Under the pieces are notes generated by a model. That model had not been told where the DNA came from. It saw only the letters and a list, made by a program, of their open reading frames with translations, and made no database searches. Below, one piece after another: positions 1-9,764 of a stretch of 64,000 nucleotides of DNA (its first letter is position 1; each line of letters begins with the position of its first letter). The DNA lies in the IMG/VR virus record IMGVR_UViG_3300037465_000316. The stretch is one strand, 5' to 3'. The stretch comes from a virus. Position numbers and translations under genes: made by a program.

Positions 1-75
1 ATCCCGAATATCTGCATCATGGTTGATGCCCCCAATCACCTATATGTGACTAAAGATTACATTGTCACCCATAAC
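1..75 (+). other. Intein C-terminal blocks F/G (class 3-like)
   Basis: ICIMVDAPNHLYVTKDYIVTHN|T: HN followed by Thr+1, with the block-F Cys and block-G Thr of the class 3 WCT triplet. Confidence 0.85.
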
Positions 76-2007
76 ACATATATGTTCGTAAAACTGGTTC
101 GCCATCTTTACGCCCATCATAGCCAGACGCTGCGTGTAATTGTCCTGGCTCACCGCCAGGAGCTAATCAACCAGCCTCGTAAAGCCTTTGTCGAAGAGTT
201 CAAGAAAGAGATTCTTGAACGAAGCATAAAGGTGGGGATGGTCGGCGGTTTTGGTGGAAGGACACATACCGACTACAACGCCAATATCATCTGTGCCTCG
301 ATTCAGAGCCTGGTCAGGAATGGCGCGCCGAGTGACCACCTACTCAATATCCTAAAATCCGGCCCAATTCAGTACATCATCTACGATGAAGTTCATCACT
401 GCGAAGCGCCCACCTTTAAGATTCCGGTCGAGACAATGGAGGAGAGGGCAAGAGACGCTGGCATGATTTTGAAGCTGCTTGGTGTCACCGCAACCCCGGA
501 GCGGGGAGACGGTCTATCGCTAGGGCAAACCTTCCCCGCTATAAAAGAACGTGATGAGTTCACCTACTACTATCCCTATAAAAAAGCGCGGGCAGATAAA
601 GTAGTCTGTCCGGTTGATCCCTACGTAATGGAGACGGGTATTGACCTATCGGGCATCCGGCTTAATAAACACGGCGAGGTATCTGAAAAGCGATTTACCG
701 AGCTGTGGGAGGCAGGCAATTGGGCAGACCTGATGATTGAGGGCTGGCGGCAGCGTGGGGGCCAGGAGATTCCTACGGTTGCCTTCATGCCCTCAGTGGA
801 AATCTCGGCCAGCTTCATCAAACACCTGGGCGAGAAGCATGGCATTGAGGGTGGTCATATCTCTGCGCCAGGAGAGGCCAAGACGAAGGGCTGCTGGCGC
901 TGGTCAAACGTCACACAGCAGATGATTCGTGTAGAACGCAGCGAATTGTTGAAGCTCTACGAGCAAGGCAAGATCAATTTCATCTCTAACGTTAATATCC
1001 TGACCGAAGGGTGGGATGCTCCCCGGACCAAACTCCTTCTACTCTGCCGGCCCACAGAATCACCAGGAACATACATCCAGATGGTTGGCCGGGCGACCCG
1101 GCCCTGGCCGGGTCCATACGTCAATGGGGAAAGGGCAATCCTGCTTCATGTGGGATTCGAGGGTCATCACTTTGTTGAGACAAACTCCATCGGTGATGTG
1201 GTTCCACAAGAGGCCAAAGAGGAAGTTGAGGAGCTGCTTGATAAAATCTCAATAGCTCAACCAGCCACCATTGTCTGTAACGAATGTGGCAATCCTCTTC
1301 AACCGGACCCAAATCGAAAGCTACACCTTTGGTGCAGTCACTGCCAAATGAGCTTTGGGCCGAAAGGAACAAATCCTGACGACTTTCTTGACCTAATTGA
1401 CACCTCAAAACCGTCAGGCAAGGGAGTGCATTTCCGCTCCATCGAATTAATGGCCAAGGCCAAGGTTCAATGGATAAAGGAAAAGGGAATCATGTCGGTT
1501 TACCTGGGCGTCGCCGGCGCTGAGGATAAGCTCCCTGGGGAGTTTGGCAAGTTTAGGCTCGACCTTGGCCAGAGACGATTCCTGGCCTGTAAAGCCGAGC
1601 GCAGCCTAGTGATCATCGCACCTGGCCATTGTCCGAAGGTAGGAGATGAGGGCTTCGCCCTCATTGGTGTGTACCGGACGGTCAAGTCCTCGACCTATAT
1701 TAGAACAGGTCAATTCGGGGGATATCACAAATACGAATTTCACCCCTATGACTACGAAGTTCTCAAGATAGGTGAGCTGGATACCGTTCTGGACCGGTCT
1801 GACATGATCATTAATGAGCTGCATGACCCACTCTTGTCCGAAAAAGACAAAGGCTGGCGAGCAGAGCCGGCTACGACAAAACAGATTGAGGCGCTTAGAA
1901 CTGTAGGCTATGAGCCTGTGCCTGGAATCAAGAAAGGAGATGCCTCAAACATACAAAGTTTCAAATACGCTCAATTCTACTTGAGACGCAAAGGGGTCAT
2001 TGATTGA
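1..2007 (+). CDS. SF2 (DEAD/DEAH-type) helicase, 5'-partial, with the C-terminal end of an intein at Walker A and a Zn-ribbon
   Basis: Frame open from base 1. Motifs VLAHRQEL (Ia), YDEVHH (II), VTATPER (III), NVNILTEGWDAP (V), YIQMVGRATR (VI); CNECG...CSHC. Confidence 0.9.
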   Translation: MPNICIMVDAPNHLYVTKDYIVTHNTYMFVKLVRHLYAHHSQTLRVIVLAHRQELINQPRKAFVEEFKKEILERSIKVGMVGGFGGRTHTDYNANIICASIQSLVRNGAPSDHLLNILKSGPIQYIIYDEVHHCEAPTFKIPVETMEERARDAGMILKLLGVTATPERGDGLSLGQTFPAIKERDEFTYYYPYKKARADKVVCPVDPYVMETGIDLSGIRLNKHGEVSEKRFTELWEAGNWADLMIEGWRQRGGQEIPTVAFMPSVEISASFIKHLGEKHGIEGGHISAPGEAKTKGCWRWSNVTQQMIRVERSELLKLYEQGKINFISNVNILTEGWDAPRTKLLLLCRPTESPGTYIQMVGRATRPWPGPYVNGERAILLHVGFEGHHFVETNSIGDVVPQEAKEEVEELLDKISIAQPATIVCNECGNPLQPDPNRKLHLWCSHCQMSFGPKGTNPDDFLDLIDTSKPSGKGVHFRSIELMAKAKVQWIKEKGIMSVYLGVAGAEDKLPGEFGKFRLDLGQRRFLACKAERSLVIIAPGHCPKVGDEGFALIGVYRTVKSSTYIRTGQFGGYHKYEFHPYDYEVLKIGELDTVLDRSDMIINELHDPLLSEKDKGWRAEPATTKQIEALRTVGYEPVPGIKKGDASNIQSFKYAQFYLRRKGVID

Positions 2008-2357
2008 TGTTCCAAAACATTCCCACCTTCGCCATGTTCCATCCCGTAAAAGTCTACAGGTTGGAAACTCCTGTTTGCTTTATTAGCAATAAACCATTTC
2101 CACTTTTCTTGGAGATCCACAATGAGATTGGTCACAAGGAAGTGTGGGAGCTTGATGTACCACTGCTTGAGAAAAGCTCAATTAAAGACTTTCTAGAAGA
2201 ACCGTTCAATGGCCCATACATCAAGGTGTGCTTTTATTGCTCCGAATGGGCTGGAGCAGACAAGGAGGAACTAGAAACCAAGATTATTCAACTCAAAAAT
2301 AGTACCCTGATAACATTACTCCCTATTTGGCACAACAAATCGCCGGGTCGCTCTTGA
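2007..2357 (+). CDS. hypothetical protein
   Basis: ORF coupled to the helicase stop; no motif recognised. Confidence 0.65.
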   Translation: MFQNIPTFAMFHPVKVYRLETPVCFISNKPFPLFLEIHNEIGHKEVWELDVPLLEKSSIKDFLEEPFNGPYIKVCFYCSEWAGADKEELETKIIQLKNSTLITLLPIWHNKSPGRS

Positions 2358-2402
2358 CAAGATTTGGTAAGCTGGTTAAGATAATAGTGATTATTTAATC
2401 AC
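2354..2402 (+). promoter_or_regulatory. sigma70-like promoter followed by a palindromic operator
   Basis: TTGACA(2354-2359)-17 nt-TAAGAT(2377-2382); GTGATTATTTAATCAC at 2387-2402. Confidence 0.8.
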
Positions 2403-2418
2403 TATTGAGGGGGACATT

Positions 2419-2646
2419 ATGGTTAATTTAATCATCTCCATTCTTATCTATCTATCAAAGTTATTTTTAAGCAGTCGGCAATCACCACAGCCAAAAATTA
2501 TTTCTTCAGCTTCATACAGAGTGCTTCCAGATCGTGAAAAAGAAATTGACCACAAACCAGAGCCAGCATACCTCCCCTACATCGCCAAATGGCTCGGAGG
2601 AGTCGTCAGCGGAAACCGGGTCGTCTACGCTCTGTCCACAGTGTAG
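2419..2646 (+). CDS. small hypothetical protein with hydrophobic N-terminus
   Basis: GAGGGGG RBS before ATG, directly after the promoter; overlaps the next ORF. Confidence 0.5.
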   Translation: MVNLIISILIYLSKLFLSSRQSPQPKIISSASYRVLPDREKEIDHKPEPAYLPYIAKWLGGVVSGNRVVYALSTV

Positions 2647-2881
2647 GCGATGTGGTGTTCGAGGCGATCCGGTTCAGTTTAGAGTTCTTTCAGAGAGACT
2701 GTGCGTTACCGTAGGTGGTCAGTTCGTCATCGTCCGTGAGTATGAATGTCTCGATAGACAGGCTTGCACGGACAGGCTTGAGGAACAAGTTGCCTGTCTG
2801 AAAGAATCTGACTTAATCAAACTCTATAAAAAAAACATACGACCTAGAAAGAGGTTATACAACAAACGATGGCCTATATAG
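2534..2881 (+). CDS. hypothetical Cys-rich (possible Zn-binding) protein; start uncertain
   Basis: CPQCRRCG and ECLDRQAC; overlaps 2419-2646. Confidence 0.5.
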   Translation: MKKKLTTNQSQHTSPTSPNGSEESSAETGSSTLCPQCRRCGVRGDPVQFRVLSERLCVTVGGQFVIVREYECLDRQACTDRLEEQVACLKESDLIKLYKKNIRPRKRLYNKRWPI

Positions 2882-3171
2882 ACACATCAATACAACCTAT
2901 CGAAATTACAATCTCACAGGAAAGCCTGTCGGCGGTCACTGAAGATGGTGGGGTTCAGACCGCGAATTGGGTACGAATGTCTATTCCCATTAGGCTCGAA
3001 CCTGGAGATCATGAATCGGGTGAGGACACTGATGAAGTCACCCGGACTGCAATCAAATCGGCGTGCAACTGGTTAAGCTCCTTAATCATTGAGTGCATTG
3101 AGGAACATCGCCAGCGCCTCAACGAGAAGGTGTACGAGATCAACAGTAGTAATAGTGAGGTGGAAATATAA
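2869..3171 (+). CDS. hypothetical protein
   Basis: 100-aa ORF in operon order. Confidence 0.65.
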   Translation: MAYIDTSIQPIEITISQESLSAVTEDGGVQTANWVRMSIPIRLEPGDHESGEDTDEVTRTAIKSACNWLSSLIIECIEEHRQRLNEKVYEINSSNSEVEI

Positions 3172-3172
3172 A

Positions 3173-4291
3173 ATGGCATTCAAATCATTCAAGGAAGTTA
3201 AAAAGGTTAATGCGTTACTTGGTGAGCCACTGCTGGTCTGGTTGTCGGCGCCAGCAGCTACCGGGAAGAGCACTCTCACTCTCGACTTCTTCCGAACCCT
3301 GTGTGTGAACGGGAGCATTGGGATTCTTATCCCGATGGATCACCGGCCTGCCATTTTCGAGGAATTGTTTGAGAAAGAGGGAGTGCCTGTTTATCCTGTA
3401 GACCCGGACCCAACCAAGTGGAACAACGAAGATGCAATCCTTAAGGCGCTGCGAACCAATTTACCCGGCTCCGGGGCAAATGCCGTTGCCTGGGATAGCG
3501 TCACACCACGATTTCGGGAGATCATTGCCGAGGCTCAGACTGTGGCAGAATTGACGCCAGAGGAGCGCAAGGCATTGACCGGCAACTCCAATAAAATCAG
3601 TGCTTATCAACCGAAAGCTCTATTCATGGAGAAGGTTGCTGCTGTGGCAACCTATGGGCTTAATACCATCTGGATCAGCCATGAGCATGAAGGCAAGGAT
3701 AAAGACGCCAAAGACGTAATGAAGACCTCTATTACCAACACGGAGATTAAGAAGTTCCGACGGAACTTGAATCTGCATCTCCGTACCGGGGTTGAGGGTG
3801 GCCGCTACTACGTCGAGATCGTGTGGGCCCGGGACCGGCAAGCACTGGCTGGAAAAAAGCTGTACGACGAACAGGGCTTGTTCAAGGGGATGTGGAATCG
3901 CATCATTGCCGAGTTCTCTGACGCGCCTGTGGTCCTGTGGGACCAAGTAAAATACTGGTCATCACCTGATGATGCCATCACCGCGGCAATGGAGCAATTT
4001 GTTATCGGGCCGAATGGGGAGCAAATTCTGCCGTTCAATGAAATGAACCATGCCGAGAATGCGTACAATAAACTAAAGAAGGAGGTAGTTCTTCCCTTGA
4101 TGACACCCGCGTGGAAGTCCAAGAATGCCAAAAACCCCCACGCAGCTGCCGAACTCATGGCTACCCACTGGAAGGCCGAGGTCGAGAAGCGGCTGCAAGC
4201 CCGGCTGCTTGAGGCCACCGGCGAACAACTTGAGCCAGCCGAACCTCCTGCTGAAGAACCTGCCGAGCAGCAGCCTGAGTTTACCTTTTAA
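3173..4291 (+). CDS. AAA-family ATPase, Sak4/AAA_24-like recombination protein
   Basis: Walker A APAATGKS, Walker B AWDSVT, WISHE; ATG at 3173 follows GAGGTG RBS and the upstream stop. Confidence 0.7.
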   Translation: MAFKSFKEVKKVNALLGEPLLVWLSAPAATGKSTLTLDFFRTLCVNGSIGILIPMDHRPAIFEELFEKEGVPVYPVDPDPTKWNNEDAILKALRTNLPGSGANAVAWDSVTPRFREIIAEAQTVAELTPEERKALTGNSNKISAYQPKALFMEKVAAVATYGLNTIWISHEHEGKDKDAKDVMKTSITNTEIKKFRRNLNLHLRTGVEGGRYYVEIVWARDRQALAGKKLYDEQGLFKGMWNRIIAEFSDAPVVLWDQVKYWSSPDDAITAAMEQFVIGPNGEQILPFNEMNHAENAYNKLKKEVVLPLMTPAWKSKNAKNPHAAAELMATHWKAEVEKRLQARLLEATGEQLEPAEPPAEEPAEQQPEFTF

Positions 4292-4316
4292 TTTACCCTG
4301 GGGTAAATACACCCCT

Positions 4317-4359
4317 AAATAAAAATCGGCCGGGGAAGTTCCCCGGCCGATTTTTATTT
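4317..4359. terminator. bidirectional intrinsic terminator
   Basis: Perfect 21-bp inverted repeat AAATAAAAATCGGCCGGGGAA-G-TTCCCCGGCCGATTTTTATTT between convergent genes. Confidence 0.9.
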
Positions 4360-4892
4360 CATACAGGCCAGCTCAAGCCATCAAGAACAGCTTGTACTTC
4401 CTGAGTGGTTGAAGCTTCATCCACCGCTGTTTTAGCAATGATGTACGTTGCCTCAATAGCGTCCGATCCGGCAAGCCACAGGTTGCCCTGGGCTATGATG
4501 AGATCAGCCATTTGCTCATTTGTGATCTTGCGTGCCTGAGCTTCCAGCACAAAAGGGAATGGCGCATCCGGGTCGTTCAAGTCCCTCCAGCGTTGGGCCT
4601 GCATCATTTTCCCGCTATACACCAGCTCTTGAAATTCGGCCTTCGTTAGACCAAGTCTCACGCGAGCCTGGCCACGCTGATTATTAATCTGCGCTAAGGC
4701 TGCGGCTTTGGCTCGATCAAGCTCGCCAGCCTCGTAAGCTTCGACTATCTGCTCTAGGTTTTGGGAGGGAATATCTGCCGGCCACAAAACAAACATTTTG
4801 CCACCCTTGTTAATTACCTCAATTAAGCCTTTCTCCATCTGTTCTGGATAAAGCTCATACAGTGCTGCACCTAATTTGGTCATATCTGGCAT
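4359..4892 (-). CDS. tail fibre assembly/chaperone-like protein
   Basis: Follows the fibre gene; ..QAQRW...DAPFPFVLEAQARKITNEQMADLII.. pattern typical of fibre-adjacent proteins. Confidence 0.6.
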   Translation of the reverse strand: MPDMTKLGAALYELYPEQMEKGLIEVINKGGKMFVLWPADIPSQNLEQIVEAYEAGELDRAKAAALAQINNQRGQARVRLGLTKAEFQELVYSGKMMQAQRWRDLNDPDAPFPFVLEAQARKITNEQMADLIIAQGNLWLAGSDAIEATYIIAKTAVDEASTTQEVQAVLDGLSWPV

Positions 4893-4902
4893 AAAATATC
4901 TC

Positions 4903-6705
4903 CTATGGATTACCTAGATAATAAACATGGGCATGGGTATAAGTCCCCGAACCATCTACATCCTTGTTTACCTCATTATTATGCTGAACAAAAAATTCAA
5001 TATAGTCCGTAGTTCCATTCATGCTTAAAACATCAAAGGTGGGGACTACGGCTACAGATACAGCAGCATCAAATGTTAAACGAAAGACCGAATTAGAAGT
5101 CGCCCCATTCTTTCCTATCCGGGCTTCAACATAACTCCCGGCTAATTGGCTATTTACTCTGACTTGAAGATATACAGCATACTTCCCGGCTCTGGTCGGA
5201 GTATATCGGTAAGTGCCTGTGTTATAAGCACCCATAGTATCGAAATCTTCGACATCGAATTGAATCTGAGTGATAGTTACTGTAGGAATGTTTGTTTGGT
5301 CCGCCGACCTCCGTACTCGTAGTACGGCTTGCTGATTCAGGACGAATGTTCGGACTGCCTTCTCGGTCGGCACGGCGATATCGCTGTTTCCGGCTAATGT
5401 GCCATCCGAAGAAAATTCATTTATGCTCACGCCTTGTTCAAGCAGCAAACCACCATTATCAATAATTACTCGGTCAGCACCACCAGTATCAAACCTGATG
5501 GTATCGTCGCCCGAAGCAAGAATCCTTGTGTCTGCGTCTTCGTCCAGATAGAGGCTGACAGATACCAGCTGCATATCGCCATTTGTGGCTCTGAAAATAG
5601 TTCCCAGAACCAGTCCACCAATCCCCTCAATAATGTTGATTGGTACTGTTACTATATGAGGTCCTGATAATAGTATTGCACTTCCCAATCCCAGAGCCTG
5701 GAATGAGCCATCCTCGGCATACCGGCCACCAAGGATATAGATGGTGCTGCTATCATTATTGTTGACTATATTACCAATCAAGCCCTCGCAGTAGTTTAGA
5801 TAGGCTTTAGTACCACCTGTGAGAGTGAATAAATCCGAACCAAAACCGAAAGCCTTCCAGGAGCAGAAATCAAATATAATATCTCCGTCAGAGGCCATCA
5901 CGTCACCACCATCGGTACGTTCGATGGTTATTCCCTTGAAGGTAGAATTTGCTGCTCCACTGCCAATTGTTAGTATATTCGTGGAGAATTGAATAAAGGT
6001 GGTTTCTTTGGATGACCCTATCCAGTGGAGCTGCTTGGTGAGAGTTAAGGTTGTAAGTATATGAGCGCCTGCTCCAAGCAGGACTTCCTGACCCGCCGAA
6101 GCCGCTGCGTAGGCAGCCTCGATATCATTATAAATCGTGCCATTCACTGAAGCTTTGCTGGGTGGGGGATAGGCTAGACCACTCCCAAGTGAGATTTGTA
6201 GAGTTTCGTTTCCGCCATCATTCAATTCAGTAATGACGACGGGTGAAACTGCGGCCAGCTTGTTCAAAAGATAGTTGGGAGCAATGTCATTGCTGCTGAC
6301 CTTGACCTTATTTAGCTCCAAAGTCTGCCAGTCAACTCCAACTCCTGGAATAAAGACCAATGCCTTTTCTTCATCCGGGGGCGGCAGTAAAACGGTATTG
6401 CCGGTGTTAGTCCATATTGGAATTTCGCCGGTGGGATAGCCGTAATCCTCATCACAGGGATTGAGATTAGGTGACCACCGGATGCTGGTGATTCGCTCAA
6501 CCCAGGGGTTACTTCTGGCTGACTCCAGGATAGACCAGGTAATTCCATCTCCCGAGCCGAGCACCATCTCTTCGGCCAGATCAGGCTCATCTTTGCCCAG
6601 GGCAAAAATATCACTAACCGGGATGTAGGCGAAAGCGTCCGGGGTAGCCAGGCCGAAGGGGAGTTCACTTAATTCAACACCATCTTCTAGAAATTTAATT
6701 GCCAT
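4903..6705 (-). CDS. tail fibre / receptor-binding protein (beta-helix-like middle, C1q-like C-terminal head)
   Basis: IEAAYAAASAGQEVLLGAG beta-helix start; QFDVEDFDTMGAYNTGTYRYTPTRAGKY C1q-like motif; last large tail gene. Confidence 0.75.
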   Translation of the reverse strand: MAIKFLEDGVELSELPFGLATPDAFAYIPVSDIFALGKDEPDLAEEMVLGSGDGITWSILESARSNPWVERITSIRWSPNLNPCDEDYGYPTGEIPIWTNTGNTVLLPPPDEEKALVFIPGVGVDWQTLELNKVKVSSNDIAPNYLLNKLAAVSPVVITELNDGGNETLQISLGSGLAYPPPSKASVNGTIYNDIEAAYAAASAGQEVLLGAGAHILTTLTLTKQLHWIGSSKETTFIQFSTNILTIGSGAANSTFKGITIERTDGGDVMASDGDIIFDFCSWKAFGFGSDLFTLTGGTKAYLNYCEGLIGNIVNNNDSSTIYILGGRYAEDGSFQALGLGSAILLSGPHIVTVPINIIEGIGGLVLGTIFRATNGDMQLVSVSLYLDEDADTRILASGDDTIRFDTGGADRVIIDNGGLLLEQGVSINEFSSDGTLAGNSDIAVPTEKAVRTFVLNQQAVLRVRRSADQTNIPTVTITQIQFDVEDFDTMGAYNTGTYRYTPTRAGKYAVYLQVRVNSQLAGSYVEARIGKNGATSNSVFRLTFDAAVSVAVVPTFDVLSMNGTTDYIEFFVQHNNEVNKDVDGSGTYTHAHVYYLGNP

Positions 6706-7867
6706 CGTCTAACGCCGCATAAAGTTTGTTTCTGGCCAGGCGCAAGCCAGATATGTGGCCCGGCCCCCAATCATCGGTGGTGGCAACAATCTCCCAGGTG
6801 TCACCATCATCCTCACTCTTAGCCACAAGGATTGGTGGTAATATATCTCCACCACCAGATGGAAAATTTTCTTCTATGGGAGTTGGCTTACCGTACCAGA
6901 TGAGTGCTCCATCTCGACTCGTGCGAACAAAGGTATCGCCATTGTCGAGTCGAATACATTGCCGAATCTGGCCTACTGATGAAATGCCCTGGATAACCAG
7001 ATCGGGATCATCCCACTGGTCTACATCATTGAACCAGTAGTAAATATAGGCTTCAGTCCCAATTTGCTTGTACCCAACCGGATATGGCATGTTGATTTCC
7101 CTGATTGGAACTATGGCCGAATCGGTGGGGGTACTCCAGTTGGTTAGATCGGTTGAGTATTGATAGGTAGAACCATTCAGACGCCAGTGAAAACGGCTAT
7201 CTGAAAAGAGGTACATCTCAGGATTAGAAACCGCCAGGCGTGTCAGGACTCCCCCATGCCAGCGGCCCAAAAAGATATCTGAGCCAAAGTAATCCTCTTC
7301 AAAGCGAGCCACTTCATTCCAGATAGAATCAAGAGAATGGTAGAGCCTGCCTCTACTGGTACGAATCAGCTCCGTATCTTCGTCGCTCTGGTCTGGCGAA
7401 AAAGGGGGATCGACTTCCGACCAGGTGATACCGTCACCAGAAACAAAGAGCCGATTGTTCGAAGGTATAGTACCCCCAAATATGCCCTGAATATAGAAGC
7501 CTATCCCAGTTTGATTAACGAGTAATCCGCTAGCCGTTCGATCAGCACCTTGCGTTACATCAATCACAACTGACCATGTTTCGAGATCAAGATCATATCG
7601 TTCAACCTTGATTTGTGATTCAAAGTCAGGCGCAACTGGCAAGCTTTGAACATACCAGATATAGATGGCATTGTTGAAAAAGACAATATCCTGACTGACC
7701 TGCCATGCTCCTCGATCATTATCAATATCGAGAAGCTCAGTCTGAGTCATAGTGCCTTCTTCGTAACGAATCACCTTCCAGGAAGTGCCATTAAGAATGT
7801 AAAAGTAAGTGCCATCGGTTGTGGCAAAGTCGGAAGGGAAGTCATTTCTAAAGTTCCAAGTAGCCAT
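6695..7867 (-). CDS. minor tail protein (propeller-like, Trp-rich repeats)
   Basis: Tail-module position; SGDGITWS and SEDDGDTWE Asp-box-like motifs. Confidence 0.6.
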   Translation of the reverse strand: MATWNFRNDFPSDFATTDGTYFYILNGTSWKVIRYEEGTMTQTELLDIDNDRGAWQVSQDIVFFNNAIYIWYVQSLPVAPDFESQIKVERYDLDLETWSVVIDVTQGADRTASGLLVNQTGIGFYIQGIFGGTIPSNNRLFVSGDGITWSEVDPPFSPDQSDEDTELIRTSRGRLYHSLDSIWNEVARFEEDYFGSDIFLGRWHGGVLTRLAVSNPEMYLFSDSRFHWRLNGSTYQYSTDLTNWSTPTDSAIVPIREINMPYPVGYKQIGTEAYIYYWFNDVDQWDDPDLVIQGISSVGQIRQCIRLDNGDTFVRTSRDGALIWYGKPTPIEENFPSGGGDILPPILVAKSEDDGDTWEIVATTDDWGPGHISGLRLARNKLYAALDDGN

Positions 7868-7869
7868 TA

Positions 7870-9054
7870 TTAAGGTATCTCCCAAAAATTGCCAGCAACA
7901 TGCCAAACATCAGTGCCTGGATCAGCGACTGGAAAAAGATAGCGTGTTCTATTTTCAACTTGGGTTAAGCTCGCCTCCCCAAAGTCAAATTCAACCAGGA
8001 ATGAGAAGGGGGCAAGTGTCCAACGTTGCAGCTTTAGCCGGTTGATACCACCTTTACGTTGCCATAAAGTCACGAACAAATATGTACTATTCATATCGGC
8101 CCAAATAGGCATAAGCTCATCCTGGCTATCAGATCGGAGAATACACTCCGTCCAGAGGCCGCCATTATCCAGAGTTAGCCACATCGAGCCGCGTTGAAGC
8201 GGCCCAGCCGCTTCCCATTTCCCCAGGGTAACAATAAAGCTGTCATTACCCAAGACCTGGATGAAGCTGACATCATCAATCGTAGGTGGAGTTCCATCAC
8301 CCCAGGTATTGGCGACCGCTCCAGGTGGTATATCAAGCCAATTGGCGCCGTTGCTCAGGGATTTTTGAACTATACCATCACTCACCCTCCAACGGGTGTA
8401 ACTGACCGGCGTAATATGGCCGTGGTGGTAATCATCCCCAAAAGTGATGATAGGCATGCCGAGCAGATACTCTGGATCAGTTACCCAGGCGGACAGTTCC
8501 CCCACCTCGACGCCAGAAATCGCTCGGACCGCAAAGTAGACACGGGGTGGCGTACCAGTATCGAAAGCGATTTGATGCTCGCGGTAACTGGTTTCGGCAA
8601 TTTGGGTTGGCCCAATTCCATCAGGGTTAGTAGCCCAGAATATCTGATAACTGGTAGCTCCGGGGACTTCTGACCAGCGAATTGTCCATTCGCTGTCCGG
8701 ACAGGATGCGTCGGCGCTCGCGTAGCTGGGAGGCTTGGGAATATTAGTTCCCTGGCCAGCCACATCAGTGCAATTGAATTGAGGCAGAATGTCGGTCAGA
8801 ATGAACCGCTGCTTATTCTGGCTGCCATCACGTTCATAACGGCTGCTGATCTTACAGAACAGACCGGGCCGAAGAGTTTTTCTATTTTGCCTGATAAGGT
8901 CGGGTATGAGTACGTCTCTCAGCACTCGCCGAGGCGAGCCGGCCAGCCTGACATGAACGTGATCGTCGAATACGGCTGTAATAACTCCGTCGTAAGCGTG
9001 GTCGCCGGGCGGCCGGGTGAGTTGGTCTACATACTCGAACTTTGTTCTCTTCAT
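7870..9054 (-). CDS. minor tail protein with fibronectin type III-like domain
   Basis: IRWSEVPGATSYQIFW...YFAVRAISG..GELS FN3 pattern; Asp-box-like motifs. Confidence 0.65.
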   Translation of the reverse strand: MKRTKFEYVDQLTRPPGDHAYDGVITAVFDDHVHVRLAGSPRRVLRDVLIPDLIRQNRKTLRPGLFCKISSRYERDGSQNKQRFILTDILPQFNCTDVAGQGTNIPKPPSYASADASCPDSEWTIRWSEVPGATSYQIFWATNPDGIGPTQIAETSYREHQIAFDTGTPPRVYFAVRAISGVEVGELSAWVTDPEYLLGMPIITFGDDYHHGHITPVSYTRWRVSDGIVQKSLSNGANWLDIPPGAVANTWGDGTPPTIDDVSFIQVLGNDSFIVTLGKWEAAGPLQRGSMWLTLDNGGLWTECILRSDSQDELMPIWADMNSTYLFVTLWQRKGGINRLKLQRWTLAPFSFLVEFDFGEASLTQVENRTRYLFPVADPGTDVWHVAGNFWEIP

Positions 9055-9647
9055 CTTACAGGCCAGTTCATTTGATGCACCAGGTCAATATAACCTATCT
9101 TGGCCAAGACATCAGCCAGGTGGTCAATTGAATATGGGTGCAGCTTCTTCTCTATACGAGGCAGATTCTTGGTGAGCCAATCACTCATGTCCCACGAGCC
9201 GGTGTAAGCTCGGCTTGCGCCCCACCAATCCGCAACCATTTCGCGGACATAGATTTCGGGCATGGGAATAATTCCATTGATAACATCCCGACTACCCTGG
9301 GGAGTGTAACCATCTGAGAATATCCAATACTCTGGATGGTGGGGATTATGGCCAATATGATGCTTCCATGCACGTGCAAAGCCATCTGGATCGCCGCCGC
9401 CATGAAAATGCCTGGCGTAGTAAGGAAACTCTTCCGGGCTGAACTTCGATAGGTCGTGAGCAGCGAGCTGGATAACCGGCAAACCACCAATTCTCAAACC
9501 GGCCTCAAACACATAAAATTTATGCCAGTGAAGCGACTCTAAATACTCAATCTCGGCTCGATATCTGGCCAGATCGTCTATTGGCTCTGTCCTTTTCTCG
9601 CTGGAGGCTTCTAGAGATTTTTCGTTTGGGTCTTGCATGGATGTCAA
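9051..9647 (-). CDS. DUF5662-like HD-type protein
   Basis: HKFYV...HDLSKFSPEEF...AWKHH..HNPHHPEYW...MPEIYVREMVADWWGAS. Confidence 0.75.
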   Translation of the reverse strand: MTSMQDPNEKSLEASSEKRTEPIDDLARYRAEIEYLESLHWHKFYVFEAGLRIGGLPVIQLAAHDLSKFSPEEFPYYARHFHGGGDPDGFARAWKHHIGHNPHHPEYWIFSDGYTPQGSRDVINGIIPMPEIYVREMVADWWGASRAYTGSWDMSDWLTKNLPRIEKKLHPYSIDHLADVLAKIGYIDLVHQMNWPVR

Positions 9648-9764
9648 TTCTCCTTCCGAGTATCCACTCAGAGAACCCTATCGCCACATGATGATTTGCC
9701 CAGGCTCTCTTTCGGTAGGCTCGGTACTCAAAATAGATTTTTAATAGATTAATGATTTCAGTAA

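Noticed and set aside
2419-2881. Programmed frameshift joining the two overlapping ORFs
   Set aside because: It would need a +1 shift with no convincing site; an alternative start explains the overlap equally well.
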